Below the pieces are notes generated by a model. The model was not told where the DNA came from. It ran no database searches and worked only from the letters and a program-made list of their open reading frames with translations. From an uncultured Eubacteriales bacterium (GTDB taxonomy: Bacteria > Acidobacteriota > Aminicenantia > Aminicenantales > Saccharicenantaceae), in NCBI GenBank assembly GCA_964652895.1, contig CAZZCH010000006.1:1-63172 (forward strand): DNA of 63,172 nt, given 5' to 3'. The translations under genes and the position numbers were made by a program. Below are positions 1 to 6,628 of the stretch, in pieces; the first letter of the stretch is position 1, and each line of letters opens with the position of its first letter.

Positions 1-30
1 TCTCTTCCTCACCCTCCCGCGGCTCCCCCC

Positions 31-55
31 ATGCCACAACTTATTGAGTAATTAC
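31..55. repeat. Left copy of 25-bp perfect inverted repeat ATGCCACAACTTATTGAGTAATTAC (partner 63121-63145)
   Basis: The reverse complement of 31-55 is identical to 63121-63145. The match stops abruptly on both sides. Only 8/25 positions are G+C in a GC-rich window. The repeat supplies the TAA stop of the truncated CDS 52-1341. Confidence 0.9.
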
Positions 56-1341
56 ACAGGGACTGTGTAAACGTAGTTATGATAGGGAGTTCGGATAAGG
101 AGCCCGATCTTGTTGTCGGGCGTCCATCCGGTCAGGATCCCGCCTTCTGGAAGCTCGATCTGAACGGGAGAGGCAAGGGGCCTGCCTTTTTCCGACACGG
201 GGACGATGCAGACCTCTGACCGCCGGTTGGGCGTCCTGACACTCTGGCTGAATGCGATCATCCTGCCATCGGGAGACCAGGTGGGACCCGTCGGGCTCAG
301 GTTCTCGCGCAGATCGCCGCTGACTTTGACGGGATCTTCGCCTTCGGTGGAAATCACCCATACTTCGCTCAGGCGGCCGGGAGGGTTATCTTGCCAGATT
401 GGAGGTGTTAAATAGGCGATCTTTGTCCCGTCCGGAGAAAAACATGGAGATATCCCGCCGTCTTTTGTAATCTGCTTGATATCGCCGGCAGCGACGGAGG
501 CAACATAGATTTGCCCGCCCGAATCAAACGTGACGGTTTTTCCGTCGGGAGACAAGCTCAGCCGGCGGGATGTGTCGCCTTTCGTTGCCATCCACTGAGG
601 GACAAGTATTCTTATGGGCTCTCCTCCGGCTGAAGGGATGACATCAATATGCGCCCCCTCAGGCCTGAAATTGATACGCGTTCCTCCGCCGCGCAAATCA
701 CGCGAATAGGCCCGGCTGAACGCGATCCAACGGCCGTTTCCGGACCACGACAGGCCGTCGCCGAGAACGTCAGTCGCTCCCCGCAATTCCTTCGGCTCAC
801 CGGCCAGGTCGGGATCGACCCTGCCCGATATCGGGACGGTCCAGATGGCGTTTCCCGAACCGAAGGCCAGTGTTTTCCCGTCTGGAGAAAGACGGCTTCC
901 GCTCCATTCGGGGATATTGAATGGCGTCCGAATTTTTCGAAAATTGGGTTTCCGGAGGGCCGTCTCGGTGATTTTTACGAGCCCGGCCAGTCTTTCCTTA
1001 GCTAGGGCCACCTCTTCTTTTTGCCCGGGATAGTCGGTAATAAGCCGCTGGTAGGCCTTCAGCGCTTCTTGGCTGCCCAGCTTTTCGTGGCACATGCCAA
1101 TTTGAAGCAGCGCCTTGGCGGCGACGTCCTTCTTGTCGGGGAACTTCACGATGATGCTCTGAAAGAGCTTGATGGCTCCGCCGAGGTCTCCTTCCGCCTC
1201 CTTCTTCAATAGGGCGGCTTGATAGAGCTCTTCGGCCGATTGCTGGGACGGATCGGAATGGACGAAGGCCCCAGCAAAGGCGCTGGCCATGAAAGCCGCC
1301 AAAAGGACGGCCATCCAACCGATCGTTTTTCTTTGAGACAT
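52..1341 (-). CDS. TPR + PD40/TolB-like beta-propeller secreted protein, paralog A, 3'-truncated
   Basis: ORF-track protein trimmed to the ATG at 1339-1341 (MSQRKTIGWMAVLLAAF...), with GGAGG 7 nt upstream. It has a signal peptide, a CpoB/YbgF-like TPR block (AIKLFQSIIVKFPDKK...CHEKLG...YQRLITDYPG) and repeated SPDG/WSPDG PD40 motifs. It is 429 aa versus 710-746 aa in the paralogs, and the frame runs into the 25-bp repeat and stops there. Confidence 0.8.
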   Translation of the reverse strand: MSQRKTIGWMAVLLAAFMASAFAGAFVHSDPSQQSAEELYQAALLKKEAEGDLGGAIKLFQSIIVKFPDKKDVAAKALLQIGMCHEKLGSQEALKAYQRLITDYPGQKEEVALAKERLAGLVKITETALRKPNFRKIRTPFNIPEWSGSRLSPDGKTLAFGSGNAIWTVPISGRVDPDLAGEPKELRGATDVLGDGLSWSGNGRWIAFSRAYSRDLRGGGTRINFRPEGAHIDVIPSAGGEPIRILVPQWMATKGDTSRRLSLSPDGKTVTFDSGGQIYVASVAAGDIKQITKDGGISPCFSPDGTKIAYLTPPIWQDNPPGRLSEVWVISTEGEDPVKVSGDLRENLSPTGPTWSPDGRMIAFSQSVRTPNRRSEVCIVPVSEKGRPLASPVQIELPEGGILTGWTPDNKIGLLIRTPYHNYVYTVPV

Positions 1342-1351
1342 TTTTAAACCT

Positions 1352-1372
1352 CCCTGTGAAGATCGCACAGGG
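1352..1372 (-). promoter_or_regulatory. Hairpin (7-bp stem, 7-nt loop) whose 3' arm overlaps the Shine-Dalgarno of paralog A
   Basis: The gene-strand sequence is CCCTGTG-cgatctt-CACAGGGAGG-tttaaaa-ATG. The 3' arm shares AGGG with the SD. Confidence 0.35.
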
Positions 1373-1446
1373 ATAATATAAGCCATGCCCTGGGCTGGCG
1401 GGTTGAGTCCGCGTTGCGATACCGATGAGCATTCATGGCCGTCCGT

Positions 1447-2127
1447 TCAGGCTACGAATCGGTAGCCGACGCCCCTGACGCTGAGGATGTGAACGGGACG
1501 GGCCGGGTCGTCCTCGATCTTCTTCCTCAAGTGGGAGATGTGCGGGTCGATGGTCCGGTAGGCCACGACGGCCTTCCCCCAGGCCTCGTCGAGGATCTCG
1601 TCCCTCGTCACGACCTGGCCCCGACGGGCGATGAGGAATCGGAGCAGGCCGAATTCCAGGGCGGTCAACGCCAGCTCCCGGCCTCGCTTGAAGATTTCAT
1701 GGCTCTTGAAGTCGACCGTCACCTCGCCGAATGTAAAGATATCACCCGGGTCGTCTTCCCTTCGCGCGCGCCTCAGGATCGCCTTCACGCGGGCGACGAG
1801 CTCCCGCGACCCGATGGGCTTGGTGACATAATCGTCGGCTCCGAGCTCCAAGCCGACCACTTTATCCATCTCTTCCGTTTTGGCCGCGGTCACCATGAGG
1901 ATGGGCGTTTTGACGCCGGCTTCCCTGAGCTTCTTGCAGACCTCGAATCCGTTGAGCCCCGGCAGAAGGATGTCCAGAATGATCAGCTGAAAACCCCCGC
2001 CCAGGGCCTGCTTCAGGCCATCTTTCCCGTCGGAAGCCGTCGCGACTTCAAAGCCGTCGAATTGGAGGTCGTCCTGAAGGCCCATGAGGATGGCCTTGTC
2101 GTCCTCGACGACGAGGATTTTATCCAT
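1447..2127 (-). CDS. OmpR/PhoB-family response regulator (module A)
   Basis: 226 aa. REC domain (ILVVEDD...LIILDILLPGLNG...GADDYVTKP) plus a winged-helix output domain ending VRGVGYRFVA. Overlaps the upstream kinase gene by 8 nt. Confidence 0.95.
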   Translation of the reverse strand: MDKILVVEDDKAILMGLQDDLQFDGFEVATASDGKDGLKQALGGGFQLIILDILLPGLNGFEVCKKLREAGVKTPILMVTAAKTEEMDKVVGLELGADDYVTKPIGSRELVARVKAILRRARREDDPGDIFTFGEVTVDFKSHEIFKRGRELALTALEFGLLRFLIARRGQVVTRDEILDEAWGKAVVAYRTIDPHISHLRKKIEDDPARPVHILSVRGVGYRFVA

Positions 2128-4240
2128 GTTCGTCCCCTTTCCTGAGTTCCGCCGGCCCGGACGGGAGCCTGATCGTCACTCGCGTCCCTTTCCCCGGTTC
2201 GCTCTCGAGAAGCACCGTTCCTCCATGCGCTCGGACGACGTGCTCGACCAGGGGGAGTCCGATTCCGCTTCCCTTGACGCTGCTTTGCAGGGCGCTCGCG
2301 GACCGGTAGAATTTTTCGAAGATCTTCTTCTGCTCGACCTTGGCGATACCGATCCCGTGATCTTCGACCTGGAAATTGACGGCGTCCTCCGCGGACCAGA
2401 CCCGCAGGGTGACGCGAGGAATTCCGCCCGAATACTTCACGGCGTTGTCGAGGAGGTTGAGCACCGCCCGGCCGAGAGCGTCCTTGTCCGCGCGGATGAG
2501 CGGCAGGTCGTCCGCGATCTCCGTCTCCAGAGTGAAATCCTTGAAGGCCGCCTGCTGACGGAACCGGCCGGCCACGTCGGCCGCCAGGGCCGCGATGTCC
2601 GTCTCCTCCATCCGGTATTCCTTGACACCCGCTTCGATCTTGGAGAAATCGAGGAGGTTCTCGACGAGCCGGCTCAGCCTCTCGCTTTCCCCCGTGATCG
2701 TTTCATAATACTGCTGCTTCCTCGCATCGTCGCGGACCCGGCCTCTCTGAAGAAGTTCGGCCATGTAGCGGATGGACATCAGCGGCGTCCGGAATTCGTG
2801 GGAAACGGTCGCCGTGAAATCCGATTTCAGCTTGGCCAGCCTGAGCTCCTTGGCCGTGCTTCGGATAGCCAAAAAGCCGCCGAAGAAGAGGGCCGCGATG
2901 ACGGCCGCGAGAGATAGGACGTAGATGGTTCTTCGCAACCGGAACTGTCTCTCCGCGGCGCCGGCACCGCTCCGGTGGACTTCGATCGTCCACGGCGGGA
3001 AGGAATCGGTGAATGCGCCCGTGAAGACGCGCTGGGAATCCCCGTTTTTTGCCGCCGCCTCCGGGGAGACAAGTCCTTGGCCGACGACGACTTTCCCGGA
3101 TTCATCGACGATCACGACCGACCAGCCTTCCTCGAGCTCAGATTTGCCGGAGCTCGGCGGGAAAAGCCCGCCGGCCAGAGCCTGGGGACTGAGGAGCAGG
3201 CCGAGCGTGGTCTTTGTGTCCAGGGGGAAAAAGGAGGCCAAAAGAAGGCCTGAGTCGGTCGACTCGGCGATGCGAAGGAATTTTCCGGAGTCCGCATCCA
3301 TCGCGCGGGCTTCGAGCCGCATGCGTGGGATGAGACGTCCACTGACCTTCTCCAGGATCCCTGTCTTCGCCAGCCGTTCTCCCTCGATCTTTTTCAGGTC
3401 TCGAAGCCGGCCGTCCCAACCCGCCCGGAGAGAGGCATCCAGCTCTCCCACGGTCGTCCGGAATAGATCCTCCGCCAATCTCCTGAAAGATTCAAATTGG
3501 CCCCTGCTCAGAGGCCACCTCGCATCGAGGAGGCCCTGATAGAGCTCGAGATAGGCCCCGGCCGCTTCCGCTCTCTGACCTCTTTGAAGATGGATATTCC
3601 CGATCTGGTAGAGTGCGTTGATCTCGAGCGGGATCCCTTCGGAAGCGATGTCGGGAAGGCCGATCTTGAGCTGCCGCCTGTATGCGGCGATGGCTTTTTC
3701 GGGCTGCCCCGATTTCAAATAGCAGCGGGCCAGCCGGTTCAGGGAAAGTGCAGCCAAGGCCGGGTCGGCGGTCTTGGCCGCCAACTCTCGATAAAGAGTG
3801 GCTGCCTGGGAATAATCGCTCAGACGGAACTCCGTCGCCTCCGCCCATTTCCAGCGTTCATCGTTTTCCAAGGAGCGGGCGATTTCCCTGGATCGCGCCT
3901 TTTCTTCCGGGAGGAGAAAGAGCGGCTTGGCGCCGAGAAAAGCGATTTGGCCTTCGTCATCGACGAAAAAGACCTCGGAGACGAGGGGAATATCGGACAG
4001 GGGTTCTTTCAAGCCCTTTTTTGCGGCTTCGAGAACGCGATTCTCGGCTTCGCTGACGAGCGATCGGGCCCGGCCGTCGATCGTCTCGACGAGCCGTCGC
4101 CGCGCGCCCTCGATCTCCCTCTCTTTGAGCAACTTCTCCCGTTCGGCCTCCCGGACGGCGAAAAAAACAAGGACGACGCTCAAGATCAGGAGCGATATGG
4201 CGAAGAAGATGACCGCCCGTCTTTGCCAATCCAGTTTCAT
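2120..4240 (-). CDS. Sensor histidine kinase with a large TPR-like extracytoplasmic domain (module A)
   Basis: 706 aa. It has an N-terminal TM (AVIFFAISLLILSVVLVFFAV) and roughly 400 aa with TPR-like repeats (YSQAATLYRELA..., KAIAAYRRQL...). A second TM is followed directly by the H-box (FTATVSHEFRTPL) and HATPase_c (GSGIGLPLVEHVVRAHGG). No HAMP or PAS is recognisable. Confidence 0.95.
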   Translation of the reverse strand: MKLDWQRRAVIFFAISLLILSVVLVFFAVREAEREKLLKEREIEGARRRLVETIDGRARSLVSEAENRVLEAAKKGLKEPLSDIPLVSEVFFVDDEGQIAFLGAKPLFLLPEEKARSREIARSLENDERWKWAEATEFRLSDYSQAATLYRELAAKTADPALAALSLNRLARCYLKSGQPEKAIAAYRRQLKIGLPDIASEGIPLEINALYQIGNIHLQRGQRAEAAGAYLELYQGLLDARWPLSRGQFESFRRLAEDLFRTTVGELDASLRAGWDGRLRDLKKIEGERLAKTGILEKVSGRLIPRMRLEARAMDADSGKFLRIAESTDSGLLLASFFPLDTKTTLGLLLSPQALAGGLFPPSSGKSELEEGWSVVIVDESGKVVVGQGLVSPEAAAKNGDSQRVFTGAFTDSFPPWTIEVHRSGAGAAERQFRLRRTIYVLSLAAVIAALFFGGFLAIRSTAKELRLAKLKSDFTATVSHEFRTPLMSIRYMAELLQRGRVRDDARKQQYYETITGESERLSRLVENLLDFSKIEAGVKEYRMEETDIAALAADVAGRFRQQAAFKDFTLETEIADDLPLIRADKDALGRAVLNLLDNAVKYSGGIPRVTLRVWSAEDAVNFQVEDHGIGIAKVEQKKIFEKFYRSASALQSSVKGSGIGLPLVEHVVRAHGGTVLLESEPGKGTRVTIRLPSGPAELRKGDEHG

Positions 4241-4390
4241 GACACTCGCCCCAGCCGGCTGATGGGGAGGTTATACCGGTCGACACCGTGAGTCAATAAA
4301 AAGACGTTGCGATTGTGTTGAGAATGGAAGGTCTTAATGGCGGCCCGATTGCTGACGGCCGGGGGAGGGAGGATCTGAAGGGCGCAAAGC

Positions 4391-4576
4391 TTAGTGGATC
4401 AGCCGCCAGACTTCCGACTTGCCCTGGCCGCGCCGCCATCTCTTGTATTCGAAAAAGCAGCAACAGCAGGTCGTGACGATCCCGACCAGCACGGCTCCCG
4501 CGGCGCCATAGGCCAGGATCTTGATGATAGCGTAGACAAAACCGGTCAACATATTGGCCGCTCCCACGAAATCCAT
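4391..4576 (-). CDS. Small hydrophobic protein with a CCCC motif (hypothetical)
   Basis: 61 aa (MDFVGAANMLTGFVYAIIKILAYGAAGAVLVGIVTTCCCCFFEYKRWRRGQ...). A strong SD is present (AAGGAGGGGGCGTC-ATG on the gene strand). It lies on the same strand and just upstream of kinase A. Confidence 0.5.
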   Translation of the reverse strand: MDFVGAANMLTGFVYAIIKILAYGAAGAVLVGIVTTCCCCFFEYKRWRRGQGKSEVWRLIH

Positions 4577-4975
4577 GACGCCCCCTCCTTCAGTGGTATT
4601 CCCGGGCCTATTCCTCCCTCTCGAAACGCAGCTCTCGGTGCGGAGAATGCGCGGTCCGCCTCCTATCCTCTCCTGTCCGGGCTCCCTCCTCTGTCCTCAA
4701 GCGCCCTTCGCAGACAACAGGATGTCTCCCCATGACGATCTCAATATAATCCGGCCGTGGCCGGGATGTGTCACGAAATTGTGATGATTTTGTAAAGATT
4801 TGATGAAAAGGCGAGAAAATTCACCCTATTTCTTCTCGACGGGCAGGAAAATGGTCAGAAGGGAGTGTGAAGATTCTGTCAAGAGATGGAACAGAGGGAC
4901 GGCCGGTGATAAGATAATTTCCAACCTTGCCCGGGCTCGTGCGTTTAAGTGAGTGAGGGCATAGGAAAGGCCCCG

Positions 4976-5566
4976 ATGACCATATGGCGGACGGACGAGG
5001 AACTCATGCTCAGGTACCGTGACGGAGACACGGCCGCTTTCGAAACGCTTTACCGGCGTTACGAGAGGCCCCTGTTCGACTTCATCTATCGCCTGGTCCC
5101 GGACTCTACCGACACCGAAAGCCTGTTCCAGGAGACATTTTTCCGGGTCGTGCGAGCGAAGAGAAAATATCGGGCGACGGCGCTGTTCAAAACATGGCTC
5201 TTTCAGATCGCCGTGAATCTCTGCCGGGACAGGACGAGGCGGATGAAGCACCGCTCTCATCTCTCCCTCAGTTCTCCTCTCGCTGCGCGGGGAGAATCTC
5301 GTGCCGAGCTTCAGGATTTCGTTCCCGATCCATCTCCGGCCGTCGACAAAGCCGCCGAGGCCGGCGAGCTCGAGACTGCCGTCAGAGGAGCCGTCGCGGC
5401 TCTTCCCGAAGACGAACATCTTGTCGTGGTCCTGAGAGAATACCAAGGGATGAATTACTCGGAAATCGCCGAGATCACGAACCGGCCGATCGGGACCCTG
5501 AAATCCATCAATCACCGGGCCCACGAGAGGCTCCGGAGCGCTCTCGCGCCTTATCTGGGAGAATAG
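4976..5566 (+). CDS. ECF-type RNA polymerase sigma factor (sigma-70 family, group 4)
   Basis: Region 2 (AFETLYRRYERPLFDFIYRLV...ESLFQETFFRV) and region 4 HTH (LREYQGMNYSEIAEITNRPIGTLKSINHRAHERLR). Start placed at ATG 4976 after GGAAAGG; the ORF track opens at GTG 4949. Confidence 0.9.
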   Translation: MTIWRTDEELMLRYRDGDTAAFETLYRRYERPLFDFIYRLVPDSTDTESLFQETFFRVVRAKRKYRATALFKTWLFQIAVNLCRDRTRRMKHRSHLSLSSPLAARGESRAELQDFVPDPSPAVDKAAEAGELETAVRGAVAALPEDEHLVVVLREYQGMNYSEIAEITNRPIGTLKSINHRAHERLRSALAPYLGE

Positions 5567-5569
5567 ACG

Positions 5570-6565
5570 ATGGAATGCGAAAACATCCGGAGGCGACTCA
5601 AAGCCTTCCTGGACGGCGAGCTCGAGGAGGCCGACAGGACAGCGATCCAGGACCATTTAGAGCATTGCCCGGGTTGCGCCGGAGTCGCCCGGCAGCTGAA
5701 ACAACTATCAGGCGTGCTCCAAACTTGGAAGGCCGAAGAACCCCCTGGGAATTTATACGAACGCCTGCAAGCGGGATTGGAATCCCGGGAATCGTGGTGG
5801 AAGAAGCTGTTGACGCCCGCGTTTGCCGGTAGAGCCGCCCTTCGGTTCGCCGAGGTCGCCGCGGTCGTCTTCATCACCCTCGCCGTCAGCCATTATTTCC
5901 AGAAGACCGCGCCGGTGCGTCCGGACGACGACCTCGCCACGATCAATTTCTACGTGACGGAACACCAGGAGGCCGTCCTGCAGGCCGCGTCTATGGAGTC
6001 CGCTGAGCGGCCGGCTGCCCGGGTGACCTTGAGCCGCGATGATATCATGTATTATGAATTCATCGACGATTATCGCCGGATATCACGCCCGGGAGTAATT
6101 TTGAGGGGATCTGCGTCCCTGCGGGACTCGGGGCAGGCCGCGCCGGGTTCTGGTCTTTCGAGTGCCAAAGCCCTCACGCTTCCTCAGGCCCGGAAGGAAG
6201 TGAGTTTCAACCCCGTGGCGCCCTCCCGGATCCATCCCGGTTATATCCTCGACACGATCACCAAGGTCGCCGGACGGGAGAGCCTTCATCTTCTCTACAC
6301 GAATGGGATCGAGAACTTCTCCGTATTCGAGCAGCCCCTCGACGGCGATCAGGGCCTTGCCGCAAAAGACTTCAGGGAATACGCCGTTTATAAAAGCTCC
6401 TCGCCGGCTGAAATTGCGGGGAATCAAGCGGGGACGACGATCCTAGCCTGGAAAAACACGTACGTCTCTTTTGTCTTGATAGGCCGGGCGGATATGTCCC
6501 GCTTGATGGAGATCGCCCAGGTTTTTACGGCCGCAAGTAAGAGCACAAATATAATCGGCGAGTGA
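5570..6565 (+). CDS. Anti-sigma factor (zf-HC2 N-terminus, one TM, extracytoplasmic RseB/DUF4367-like C-terminal domain)
   Basis: 331 aa. It starts 4 nt after the sigma gene. It carries an HLEHCPGC zinc-finger anti-sigma motif and a TM (AALRFAEVAAVVFITLAVSHYF). The family of the C-terminal domain is inferred only. Confidence 0.85.
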   Translation: MECENIRRRLKAFLDGELEEADRTAIQDHLEHCPGCAGVARQLKQLSGVLQTWKAEEPPGNLYERLQAGLESRESWWKKLLTPAFAGRAALRFAEVAAVVFITLAVSHYFQKTAPVRPDDDLATINFYVTEHQEAVLQAASMESAERPAARVTLSRDDIMYYEFIDDYRRISRPGVILRGSASLRDSGQAAPGSGLSSAKALTLPQARKEVSFNPVAPSRIHPGYILDTITKVAGRESLHLLYTNGIENFSVFEQPLDGDQGLAAKDFREYAVYKSSSPAEIAGNQAGTTILAWKNTYVSFVLIGRADMSRLMEIAQVFTAASKSTNIIGE

Positions 6566-6628
6566 CCCCGAAAAGAGGTCGCTCGCCGGGACTTTTTAAG
6601 AAACCCGACTTCGGGGGAGGAGAGAACT

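Noticed and set aside
4826-4870. A possible further stub of a paralog C-terminus. The minus strand reads ...TIFLPVEKK*, sharing ttcctgcccgt and aagaaatag with the 3' end of paralog C.
   Set aside because: Only about 20 nt match and there is no extended homology upstream. The stretch is too short to distinguish from chance or from a shared terminator-proximal sequence.
4888-4915. GGAAC at 4888-4892 as the -35 of an ECF-type autoregulated promoter upstream of the sigma gene.
   Set aside because: No convincing CGT-type -10 lies at 16-17 nt spacing. The ECF group is unknown, so the expected motif cannot be stated.
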